From positions 448,001 through 512,000 of the forward strand of contig CAWFAK010000016.1 in the NCBI GenBank assembly GCA_963813715.1: a stretch of DNA of 64,000 nucleotides. The letters are read 5' to 3'. Position numbers and translations under genes: made by a program. Shown here piece after piece: positions 20,821-30,428 of this stretch. How positions within the stretch are numbered: the first letter of the stretch is position 1; every line of letters begins with the position of its first letter. The notes under the pieces were generated by a model. That model searched no databases, had not been told where the DNA came from, and saw only the letters and a list, made by a program, of their open reading frames with translations. This DNA comes from an uncultured Planctomycetaceae bacterium. GTDB lineage: Bacteria; Planctomycetota; Planctomycetia; Planctomycetales; Planctomycetaceae.

Positions 20821-22155
20821 ATGCCGGCGATGGCAATCGACGTCGAGAGCAAGGCCTACATTTGCCCCGGCGAGACGCACGCGATTTCGCGATCCGTGCA
20901 CCTCGCCCGGCTGGCCGCGGCCTTTCCGCCATGTCGCGAGTGTCCACTCCGCGAGGACGGGACGCGATTCGCTGTCCGCGATCTGCCCATTGTCGAACCG
21001 GACCCGCCCGCGCTCCGCCGTCGCGAGCTGCCGGCGACCGAGGGACTGCGCGGCGTCTTTCTCAACGACATCACCCGTCACTTCGCCGAGAGGGTTGCCG
21101 CGCGATTTGCCGAGATGTTGTGGGAGCGAGCGCCGGTGCGCGGTCCCAACGACGGCATCGACCGCGGGGCGCGAGTGGCGCGGCCGACGGTCGTCGTCGG
21201 CTATGACGACCGCCCCTCGTCGCCGACGATCTTCGCGGCGGCCGTTGCCGGTTTGCGGCGGATGGGTTGCCACGTGCTCGACGTTGGCCTGGTGACCAAG
21301 CCTTGCTTCTGGTTCGCCGTCGCTCAGGTGCATGCTTCGGGCGGACTGTTCGTGACCGGCTCGGGCGCGGAGCCCGCGTGGACGGGCCTCGATTTTCTCT
21401 GGGAAGACGCACGACCCGCGTCTGCGGCGGAGATTGCAGAGCTGCGGAGCGCCGCCCAGCTCGATCGCGGCCCGTCGCTCGTCCGAAAACGTCCGACACG
21501 CAGCGCCGGCACCGAGCGCACGTTTCCCGCCGTCGCTCGTTATGAAGAGTCACTCGCACCGCGGTTTGCTGACCTCCGCGTCAAGAAGATTGCCTGTGCG
21601 TCGTCCTCGGCGCGGGTCGGGGAGGTCCTGCAGCGAATGCTGAAAAAAAATCCCGAGTGCGAGGTGTTGTATACGGCGCTGCCCGTGAAGATTCGCAACC
21701 CGGCCCGGCGACGCGACGAGGGCATCTTGCAGCTTTCGCAGACGGTGCGCGAGCGGCAGGCCCAGCTCGGCATTCTGTTCGATGATGACGGGCAGCGATG
21801 CGGGTTTATCGACGAGCGGGGCCGCCACGTCGCGTCCGCCGCCATCGCCCGCCTGGTCGTCCCGCCTTTGCTCGCGGAACAGCCGGGCTCGACCGTCGTG
21901 TTGGAGCCGGCGGCACTCGTCGAGCTGCGTCCGCTGATTGAGGCGATGGGCGGACGTTGCCAGCCCGGCGACAGCGACGCTGCCGCGATTGCCGCGGCCG
22001 TCCGCGAACACCGGGCGGTCTACGCAGGAGGCGACACGGGCCGCCACTGGTTTTTCGACGGCTACGCGAACTGCGACGCACTCTTGATCGTCGCCCGTGT
22101 GCTCGCTGCGCTCAGCCGTGCAGATCAACCATTCTCTCAACTTGCCGCGACTTAA
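20821..22155 (+). CDS. alpha-D-phosphohexomutase-like protein with a degenerate active site and an N-terminal Cys/His motif
   Basis: VVVGYDDRPSS, DVGLVTKP, TGSGAEPAWTG in place of TASHNP, FDDDGQR in place of DGDGDR, GGDTGRHWFF; lacks domain IV. Confidence 0.7.
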   Translation: MPAMAIDVESKAYICPGETHAISRSVHLARLAAAFPPCRECPLREDGTRFAVRDLPIVEPDPPALRRRELPATEGLRGVFLNDITRHFAERVAARFAEMLWERAPVRGPNDGIDRGARVARPTVVVGYDDRPSSPTIFAAAVAGLRRMGCHVLDVGLVTKPCFWFAVAQVHASGGLFVTGSGAEPAWTGLDFLWEDARPASAAEIAELRSAAQLDRGPSLVRKRPTRSAGTERTFPAVARYEESLAPRFADLRVKKIACASSSARVGEVLQRMLKKNPECEVLYTALPVKIRNPARRRDEGILQLSQTVRERQAQLGILFDDDGQRCGFIDERGRHVASAAIARLVVPPLLAEQPGSTVVLEPAALVELRPLIEAMGGRCQPGDSDAAAIAAAVREHRAVYAGGDTGRHWFFDGYANCDALLIVARVLAALSRADQPFSQLAAT

Positions 22156-22238
22156 GTCTTGTCGGGCAGGCTGCGCCAGCCAATTGCCAATAGGCCGACT
22201 ACTACGAAGTCGTGAAGGCCGCTACGTGGGACACCCGC

Positions 22239-22823
22239 TCACTCGGGCTCGGCCAGGTGTTCGCGCAGGCTGGTCATCGCGCGCTTCATCAGCCAGATGA
22301 GCGCGTCTTTGGTGACGCCCATCGCCGCCGCGATTTCGACCATCGACTCGCCGTCGAGATAGCGGCGTCGCAGCGCTTCCTGCTCGTCCGGCGGCAAGAG
22401 CGCGATCGCGCGGGTCAAGCGGGCCGACTCTTCGCTCCGCACGACTTGCTGGCTGGCGGTCGCCTGGCGGGCGGCGTGCACGTCGCCGTCGCTGACTCTT
22501 TTTTCGCGATCAATGGCCCGCTTGCCCGCGTGCAGCTGGTTGCGGGCCGCGTTGCGAATGTTGCGTTCGTGAATTTGTCGCAGCCAGGCGGCGAACTGGG
22601 CCGGATCTTGCCCCTCGAACTCGGTGATCTGCTTGTGGACCGACAGGCACGTCTGCTGCACGATATCCGACGCGTCGAGCCGCGCCGCCGCCCGATCGTC
22701 GAGCATGCGATCGGCCAGCCCCCACAAGTAGCCGCGGTAGTTTTGCAACAGTTCGCCGAGCGCCGCCGGATCGCCGGCGCGGGCTCGATCGATCAACTCA
22801 CGATTGACGGCCTCAGGCTCCAC
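22239..22823 (-). CDS. ECF RNA polymerase sigma factor (planctomycete-type)
   Basis: ARAGDPAALGELLQNYRGYL, DASDIVQQT, FAAWLRQI, LPPDEQEALRRRYLDGESMVEIAAAMG; GTG start with GGAG. Confidence 0.88.
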   Translation of the reverse strand: MEPEAVNRELIDRARAGDPAALGELLQNYRGYLWGLADRMLDDRAAARLDASDIVQQTCLSVHKQITEFEGQDPAQFAAWLRQIHERNIRNAARNQLHAGKRAIDREKRVSDGDVHAARQATASQQVVRSEESARLTRAIALLPPDEQEALRRRYLDGESMVEIAAAMGVTKDALIWLMKRAMTSLREHLAEPE

Positions 22824-23100
22824 GTTGGCTCCACGGTGTTCGCATCGATATCTCCGCTCCGCAGTCTCCGTCGCGTTCCCGACGTCAGCTCGATTGTTGA
22901 GCAAACGCGGCCCCGATTTCCAGTCCCCTTTTAATGACGTGTGTCACGTCACTGACGAGCCCGCGCGGACGGCTCAATTCCCGGCATCGCGATGACAAAT
23001 CCGTCATACTCAATAGACAAATCGGCCCGGCTCCGCAGTCTTGTCTTCTTATTGGGCCAATTCCGCAAGCTCAGCTCCTTCAAGGGGATCAGGAAAGCAC

Positions 23101-24078
23101 ATGTCGCAGGTGACGCCGACGGCGAAGAAGATCATCGCCAACATCGAGAAAGTGGTGATCGGCAAACGGCAGGAGATCGTCCTCGCGCTCGTCGCCTATC
23201 TGTCGGAAGGGCACATTCTACTCGAGGACGTGCCCGGCGTCGCCAAAACAATTCTGGCCCGCGCTCTGGCGGCGAGCGTCGGCTGCACCTTTAAGCGGGT
23301 GCAGTGCACGCCCGACCTGTTGCCCAACGACATCACCGGCGCATCGATCTTCAATCCCAAGACGACCGAGTTCGAGTTTCGGCCCGGCCCCCTCTTCGCC
23401 CAGATCGTGCTGGCCGACGAGATCAACCGCGCCACGCCCCGCACGCAGGCGGCCCTCTTGGAAGCGATGGCCGAGCGGCGCGTCACCAGCGACGGCACCA
23501 CTTATCGTCTCGAGCCGCCGTTCCTCGTCATCGCCACGCAAAACCCGATCGACCACGAAGGGACCTTCCCGCTTCCGGAAGCCCAGCTCGATCGCTTTCT
23601 CATCCGGCTCAGCCTGGGATATCCCAGTGCTGAGGAAGAGGGCAAGCTGCTCGACATGCTGCGGCAGGAGCATCCGATCGAAAGTTTGGGAGCCGTCGTG
23701 TCGGCCGCCGACGTCCTAGCCGCCCAGCAGGCCGTCCGCGACGTCTTTGTCGATCCGAAAATTCGCGATTACATCGTCGAGATCGTCCGCGCCACTCGCG
23801 AGCACGACGACATCGCGCTAGGCGGCAGCCCGCGGGCGTCGATTGCGCTCTGTCGAGCCGCGCAGGCGCTGGCGGCAATTCGCGGCCATGACTTTGTGTT
23901 GCCCGACGACGTCAAGCGGCTGGCGCCCGCGATCCTCGGTCATCGCCTCATCGTCCGCCCGGAGAGCCGGCTGCGCAAGGTCCGCTCGGTCGACGTCGTC
24001 CAGGAAGTCTTGGCCGAGACGTCGGTGCCGACCCTTTCGTCCGGCCAGAGCGCTTCGATAGGGACCGACATCGCATGA
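23101..24078 (+). CDS. MoxR-family AAA+ ATPase
   Basis: HILLEDVPGVAKT, RVQCTPDLLPNDITG, LADEINRATPRTQAALLEAM, ATQNPID, PEAQLDRF. Confidence 0.95.
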   Translation: MSQVTPTAKKIIANIEKVVIGKRQEIVLALVAYLSEGHILLEDVPGVAKTILARALAASVGCTFKRVQCTPDLLPNDITGASIFNPKTTEFEFRPGPLFAQIVLADEINRATPRTQAALLEAMAERRVTSDGTTYRLEPPFLVIATQNPIDHEGTFPLPEAQLDRFLIRLSLGYPSAEEEGKLLDMLRQEHPIESLGAVVSAADVLAAQQAVRDVFVDPKIRDYIVEIVRATREHDDIALGGSPRASIALCRAAQALAAIRGHDFVLPDDVKRLAPAILGHRLIVRPESRLRKVRSVDVVQEVLAETSVPTLSSGQSASIGTDIA

Positions 24079-25388
24079 GATGGTTTGCCGGCGCCCTCGC
24101 GCTCTTGCTCATCGGACTGGCGTTCCAGATGGGACTGCTCGTCTACGCGATGTACGTGTTGCTGGGCGTGATGCTGGTGAGCCGCTACCTGGCCCGCGAA
24201 TGGGTCGAGAAGATCACGGCCGAGCGCGAATGCAGCCGGCCCACGGCCCAAATCGGCGAGAAGGCCGCCGTGATCGTCAACATTCGCAACACGGGCAAAT
24301 TGCCGGTCCCCTGGTTGATCGCGGAAGACAGCGTGCCGCGCAGAGCGCGCTCACGCAGCGGCCGCCGCGGATCGCCATCGAGGGGAAGCGGACCAACATC
24401 CTGCAGCTGGCGGCCCAGGGCGAAAAATCGCTGCTGTACCAGGTGACGTTCCTGATGCGGGGCTTTTATCAGACTCGGGCCGCTGCTCCTGGAGAGCGGC
24501 GACTTGTTCGGGCTCCATCGGCGGTTTCGGCTGGAAACGAAGCCACAGTTTGTGCTGGTCTTTCCCAAGATCGTTCCGCTGCGAGGCTACGACCTGGCTT
24601 CGCGTCGGCCGATCGGCGAAGTGCGGCTGACGCACCGGCTCTTCGAAGACCCGACCCGAATTGCCGGCATCCGCGGCTACCAGCCCGGCGATCCGCTCAA
24701 CCGCGTCCACTGGCGGGCGACGGCGCGGACCGGCACGCTGCACTGCAAGATCTATGAGCCGTCGTGCATCGCGGGCGTCACGCTGCTGCTCGATTTTCAC
24801 AAGTCGGTCTACACGGCCCGCCGCGAGCCTGATCGCTCGGAGCTGGCCGTGACCTTGACGGCTTCGCTAGCGAACGCCGTCTATCAACTGGGTCAGCAGG
24901 TCGGTCTCGTCACGAACGGTCGCGACGCGGCCGACCGCATCCTGCAAGAGGGTTATCGGCACGAGTTCCGCACGCGTTCGCTCGCGCTCGACACGGCCAA
25001 GATGCAAGAACAAAGCAACCGGCTGCGACCCGTGATCGTCGAAACTCGCCGCGGTCCCGAGCAGCTGTTGCAGATCCTCGAAGCCCTGGCGCGCTTGGAG
25101 CTGACCGAGGGCCTTTCGTTCGGTCAGCTGGCGATTGAAGCGGCGAGCCGCTTGCCGCGCGATGCCACCGTCGTCGCCATCCTGCCGACGGCCGAGCCCG
25201 AGACGGCCATCGCGCTGGGCAGTCTCAAGCGACGGGGCTACGCGGTGACGGCGATCCTGGTGACGTACGATGATGACGAGGACGCTCCGGCCAGCCTGGG
25301 CCGACTGATGGCGGAGGGAATCGACGTGCGGCGCGTCGACACCGAGGCGGCGATCGAAACCGTCTGCTCTGCCGAACTGGTGCGCTGA
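24075..25388 (+). CDS. DUF58 domain protein; frameshifts near 24340 and 24470
   Basis: IRGYQPGDPLNRVHWRATARTG; follows moxR with ATGA overlap. Confidence 0.85.
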
Positions 25389-25414
25389 CGAACTGAGAGG
25401 CGAAATCGCTGGGA

Positions 25415-27184
25415 ATGTCGAAACGAACTCGCAAGAAAACGCTGGCCGACTATGTCGTCATTGCCATCAGTCCCGTGCTGATCATGACGCTCGTGGGCAG
25501 TCTGGCGTTCTTTCTGCTCGAACTGACCTACCACGGCCAGTTCGAGGTGCGGATGAAATGGATTTTGTTTTGGTTCGTGCTGGCCGCGGTGCTTGTGGCA
25601 CGGATTGCCATCGAGCAGGGGAAGGAATACGCGAGCCTGTTCGGCCTGGTGCTGACCGCGGCCGTCGCCCTGGCCGTGGTGCGGTTGGTCGACCAGATTT
25701 TGTTGGGCTGGACCTTGCTCGGTGTCACCTGGTGGTGCACGTGGAAACTGACTTATGACTGCACGCTGATTGACGACCGCGCAGACGCCTCAGGCGAAGG
25801 CCTGCTGCAAGTCGCCGGCCTCGACACGCCGGCCGACGCGGACGGCTCGAACGGCTCCGCGCGAGAGCGTCGCACCGTGCACGCACCGGGCAAATGGGTC
25901 GTCTACTTTTCGTTGGCCGCTTTGCCCTTGTTCGGCGCCGGTCAGTTAGTGATTCCCTCGAAGGACACGGCGGCCCGCGCGTACGGCTTCAGCCTGGTCG
26001 GCGTCTACGTGGCGTCGGCGCTCGGCCTGCTGTTGACGACAAGTTTTCTGGGACTGCGGCGCTATTTGCGGCAACGCAAGCTGCAAATGCCGGCCGCGAT
26101 GACCCGCACGTGGCTGGCCATGGGAACGGGGTTAGCGCTCGCCATCTTGTGCCTTGCGCTCTTGCTGCCGCAGCCGCAGGGGGAATATTCGGTGACCGCG
26201 CTCGTCGACAATGTTGACGCCAAACTCCGCGCGGCTTCGCGTTTTGCCGTCGTGCCCGGCGATCGGGCCAAGGGGGAAGGGCGACGAATCGGCGATCAGG
26301 ATCCCAAGGCCGACAAAGCGGGCGAGTCACCGCCGCGGAATCAGCCGCCCGATCAACAGGGGAAGGCCCAGCCCGGCGACGGCGGCCGGCCGGGAAAAAA
26401 CGGGGGCGGGAAGAATCCCGGCAGTCAACAGCCGGACAAAAGCGGCGGCCAGGGCGACTCCAAGGAAAAAGGCAAAGCCCAAGGCGGCGACAAGTCCGAC
26501 GACAAAGGAAACAGTGGGCGCCGCGACAAGGGGCAAAATCGCGATGGCGAAAATCGTCAGCCGGCCGATCGGCAGCAAGCAGTGCGGCCGCCGAAAGAAA
26601 CGTCAAACAGCGATCAGCGCGCCACGCCGCCGCCCAGCCCTCCCTCGGGTTCAGGGTTCGGCGGCTTCCTGCAGTTCCTGGCCGCCTCGGTCAAGTGGCT
26701 GATTTACGCGGCGATCGCCGTCGCGGTCGCCTTTCTGCTGATCCGTCATTGGTCGCGCTTCATCGAGATGCTGGCGAAATTCTGGGCCGACTTGCTCGCG
26801 GCCTTCGGCGGAAGACGCGGCGACGAGCGGGACGCGTCGGCCGAACCGGGCGCGGCGCCGCTCCCCGTCGTCCGTTTCGCGGCCTTCGAGAATCCGTTTT
26901 TCAGCGGCGCGGCAGGACGCATGCCCCCCGCACAGCTGGTGCGCTACACGTTCGAGGCGCTCGAAGCGTGGGCCCGCGAACGCGTCGTCGCCCGGCCGCC
27001 CGAGCAAACGCCGCTAGAATTCGCCCAGGAGTTGGGACGCCGCGATCCCGCGCTGGCGAAAGATGTGACGTCGACCGCCGAGCTGTACGTGCGAGTCGCC
27101 TATGCGCGCAAGAACCCGTCGCGAGAATCGGTCGCCGTGCTGGAGCGATTGTGGCGACGGATGGGAATGGGCACCGCGGAATGA
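25415..27184 (+). CDS. multi-TM membrane protein with a C-terminal DUF4129-like domain
   Basis: many TM helices, Gly/Lys/Asp-rich linker, ALEAWARE...RPPEQTPLEFA...LYVRVAYA. Confidence 0.75.
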   Translation: MSKRTRKKTLADYVVIAISPVLIMTLVGSLAFFLLELTYHGQFEVRMKWILFWFVLAAVLVARIAIEQGKEYASLFGLVLTAAVALAVVRLVDQILLGWTLLGVTWWCTWKLTYDCTLIDDRADASGEGLLQVAGLDTPADADGSNGSARERRTVHAPGKWVVYFSLAALPLFGAGQLVIPSKDTAARAYGFSLVGVYVASALGLLLTTSFLGLRRYLRQRKLQMPAAMTRTWLAMGTGLALAILCLALLLPQPQGEYSVTALVDNVDAKLRAASRFAVVPGDRAKGEGRRIGDQDPKADKAGESPPRNQPPDQQGKAQPGDGGRPGKNGGGKNPGSQQPDKSGGQGDSKEKGKAQGGDKSDDKGNSGRRDKGQNRDGENRQPADRQQAVRPPKETSNSDQRATPPPSPPSGSGFGGFLQFLAASVKWLIYAAIAVAVAFLLIRHWSRFIEMLAKFWADLLAAFGGRRGDERDASAEPGAAPLPVVRFAAFENPFFSGAAGRMPPAQLVRYTFEALEAWARERVVARPPEQTPLEFAQELGRRDPALAKDVTSTAELYVRVAYARKNPSRESVAVLERLWRRMGMGTAE

Positions 27185-27236
27185 GCGGCCGGCGAGTGTG
27201 TCGCCGGGTGATGAGCCGTCAAGTGGCGGAGCTGCC

Positions 27237-27896
27237 TCAATAGATCCACGGCAGGAGTCGCCACGTCCGCGCGCGGTAGGCCTCGTACTTGGCCCCGAAG
27301 TGCGCACCGAGCAGCCGCTCCTCCGAGTGCATTCGCGCGACGAGCGCCGGAAGCATTACCACCGTCAGTAGGACGCCGACGGCCGAGCGAAACGCCAGGG
27401 CCCAGCCGGCTGACGCGATGATGAGCCCCAAATAGCTCGGATTCCGCACGAAACGAAAAGGTCCCGTCGTGACCAGCGTATGTCCGCGTTGAATGGCGAC
27501 CAGGCCGCTGAAGCGGTTGCCCAAAACAAAGACGGGCCAAATCCGCAGCAGTGTCCCGAGGCCGAAGAGTGCGACGCCGATCCAGCGGAGCGTGTCGCCA
27601 TCGAGCGTCCAGAATTCTTCGCGATCGGTATACGCCGGCAGATAGCCCAGCAGCAGCCCGACACCAATAAACACGATGAGCACCCAGCGATTGGACCGAT
27701 CTTCGGTCTCGCCGCGACTCAGGTTTCCGCCCGCAAAGAAGGCGACGGCCGACACGCCGGCCAGCACAATTGCCAGTGCGACCAACGGCGGATGCGAGAA
27801 GTAGGCGTCGAACCCGCCCCAGCCGGCGACGGCCAGTCCCAGGTACGCGAGCATCCCCGCAAGAACCGACAGTGCTCTGGCGAGCCTCTCCCGCAT
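27237..27896 (-). CDS. isoprenylcysteine carboxyl methyltransferase family protein
   Basis: LGNRFSG, HTLVTTGPFRFVRNPSYLG, EERLLGAHFGAKYEAYRART. Confidence 0.88.
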   Translation of the reverse strand: MRERLARALSVLAGMLAYLGLAVAGWGGFDAYFSHPPLVALAIVLAGVSAVAFFAGGNLSRGETEDRSNRWVLIVFIGVGLLLGYLPAYTDREEFWTLDGDTLRWIGVALFGLGTLLRIWPVFVLGNRFSGLVAIQRGHTLVTTGPFRFVRNPSYLGLIIASAGWALAFRSAVGVLLTVVMLPALVARMHSEERLLGAHFGAKYEAYRARTWRLLPWIY

Positions 27897-28037
27897 GGTT
27901 TCGCTCCTTCTCTCGGGCTTGTCGTCGCCGCGCGTCGATTCGGTGGCGTCGTCGCCGACAAATCGTGAAGATGACGTTCAGGATAGGGGATAAATCCCTG
28001 AGCGACGAGAATTCAGCTGCCGAGGCGGAGAAAAATG

Positions 28038-28949
28038 ATGCGAGCGTGCGTTTCCCTATTCGTCCTCTTCACCTGGGCCGTCGCGAACCAGCAGGCGACG
28101 GCCGCCGATCCGAAACCGTTGCCGCCGACCCACGCGAACGTGCCCTACGGCCCGCACGAGCGCAACGTCCTCGACTTCTGGAAGGCGGACGGCGACGGCC
28201 CGCGGCCGTTGTTGGTCTTTATTCACGGCGGCGGTTGGGTGGGCGGCGACAAGAAGCAGAGTCCGAACGCGATTCGGCCCTGGCTCGCCGAAGGCATTTC
28301 GTGCGCCGCGATCAACTATCGCCTGACAGGCAAGGACCCGCTGCCGGCCCCGGTCCACGACGCGGCCCGGGCCGTGCAGTTCCTCCGCTCGAAGGCGGCC
28401 GAGTGGAACATCAATCCCAATCGCATCGCGCTCACGGGCGGCAGCGCCGGCGCGTGCACGTCGATGTGGCTGTTGTTTCACGACGACCTGGCGGATCCGA
28501 AGTCGTCCGATCCCGTCCTGCGGCAGTCGACCCGCGTTTGTGCCGCCGCCGTGACCGCCGGCCAGACGTCCATCGACCCGAAGGTGATTGTCGACTGGGT
28601 CGGCCCGAACGTGCTCAAGCACGGCATGATCTGGATGGCCGTCGGCGAGAAGTCGATGGCCGACGCCCTCGCGCACTACGACCAGCACAAAGCGACCTAC
28701 GCCGAGTTCTCACCCTATAACCACGTCGACGCGAAGGACCCGCCCCTCTTCATGACCTACGGCGACGACATGACTCTCCCTTCCAAAGACGCCGGCCATG
28801 GCATCCACCACCCGATGTTCGGCGTGAAGCTGAAGGAGAAGTCCGATCGCGTGGGGCACGAATGCTACTTGCTGATTCCAGGCACCTCGACACCCGACAA
28901 ATACCCCGACGCCAAAGCGTTCCTGACGGCGAAGCTCCTCGCGCCCTAA
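28038..28949 (+). CDS. secreted alpha/beta hydrolase (carboxylesterase-like)
   Basis: signal peptide, IHGGGWVGGDK, TGGSAG nucleophile elbow. Confidence 0.88.
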   Translation: MRACVSLFVLFTWAVANQQATAADPKPLPPTHANVPYGPHERNVLDFWKADGDGPRPLLVFIHGGGWVGGDKKQSPNAIRPWLAEGISCAAINYRLTGKDPLPAPVHDAARAVQFLRSKAAEWNINPNRIALTGGSAGACTSMWLLFHDDLADPKSSDPVLRQSTRVCAAAVTAGQTSIDPKVIVDWVGPNVLKHGMIWMAVGEKSMADALAHYDQHKATYAEFSPYNHVDAKDPPLFMTYGDDMTLPSKDAGHGIHHPMFGVKLKEKSDRVGHECYLLIPGTSTPDKYPDAKAFLTAKLLAP

Positions 28950-30342
28950 GCCGAGCGCTGACGCGCGCGCCCGCCAGACTGTCCTGAGTCTGCCGTTCGA
29001 TCTTGCAGCGTCAGCCCGTCTCGCGGGCGGATGGCAATCAGCGCGTCGGGCACGACGGGCGGATGGCCGACGGGCAGCGTGAAGCGGCAACGGGGCACGA
29101 TCGTCGCCAGCGCGAGCACCATCTCCATCATGGCGAACGTGTTGCCGATGCAAACGTGCGGCCCGGCGCCGAACGGGATGTAGGCGTGCTGCGGGATCGT
29201 TTCGACGCGGTCGGGGGCGAAGCGATCGGGGTCGAAACGTTCCGGCTCGGGGAAGAACCGGGGGTCGCGATGCAGAACCCACGGATAAATATTGACCCAC
29301 GCCCCCTTCGGCAGCTCGTAGCCGCCGATCGTCACGCGCTGCGTCGCCACGCGGGGAATGAGCGCCCAGGTCGGCGGGTAGAGCCGCATCGACTCCTTGA
29401 CCACGCGCGTCGTGTAAGCGAGCGCGGGCAAATCCGCGTACGTCGCTGCCCGGCTCTGCAGCACGCTCCGCACTTCGTCGAGCACGCGCGTCGCCACGTC
29501 GGGATGCGTGGCAAGCAGATACCAGGTCCAGGTGAATGACGACGCGGTCGTGTCGTGGCCGGCGTTGAAGAGCGTGATCGATTCGTCGCGGGCCTGCTCG
29601 TCCGTCATGCCCGTGCCGTCCCCTTCTTCGTCGACGGCCGCCAACAGCATCGACAACAGGTCGCCCCGATCCTCGCCGCTCGCCCGCCGTTCGCGAATGA
29701 TGCGGCGAATCACCCGGTCGACGACGGCGATCGCGGCGCGCTTGCGGCGATTTTCGGCCGTCGGCACCCAGATCGGCCATTGGATGATGCGGCCCGCTTG
29801 CACCGTGACGATCTCCGAGATCGCTTCGGTGGCCGCTCCCAAGGCATCCTCGGACCCGGAGATATCGGCTCCGAACAGCGTTCGCGAGACGATCGCCAGC
29901 GTCAGTCGCCGCATGGCGAACGGGACGTTGATTTCGGACTCGGCCGACCACGAGTCGACGGCTTGCCGCGCACAATCGACGATCGTCCCAGCGTAGCCGT
30001 CAAATCGCTTCGGGCTGAAGGCCGGCTGCACGAGCCGCCGCTGCCGAAGCCAAAAGTCGCCTTCGCTCAGCACGAGACCGTTGCCGTCGACGTCGCGGAG
30101 CGCTTGATGATCCGCGGCAGCTTGCGAAAGCTTTTGCCGCGGGTGATGAGCACCTCCTTCACCAGGTCGGGATGATTGGCGAAGTAGACGTGCTGCGGGC
30201 CGAGCCGGGCATGGACGAAATCGCCAAACGTCCGCGCCAGCTCGAGGGGATACTCGAGCCGCTCGGTTTGCAACCGCCGCGCGAGCGTCAGGTCGAAGAA
30301 ACCATGTCGCGGGCCGGGAGGGAAACGCTTCGCGGCAGTCAC
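28946..30342 (-). CDS. cytochrome P450; frameshift near 30090
   Basis: FPPGP, AGHDTTA, KESMRLYPP, PERFDPDRF, PFGAGPHVCIG. Confidence 0.93.
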
Positions 30343-30428
30343 GTGTGAACTCGATGTGAATTGGCGAAAAGGACCCACCACGGATGGGGCTTCGCGATCT
30401 TGTCAGACCGACCCCACAGGCATCTTTG

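Noticed and set aside
28038..30342. P450, hydrolase and methyltransferase as a biosynthetic cluster
   Set aside because: Mixed orientation and no core synthase or precursor peptide seen.
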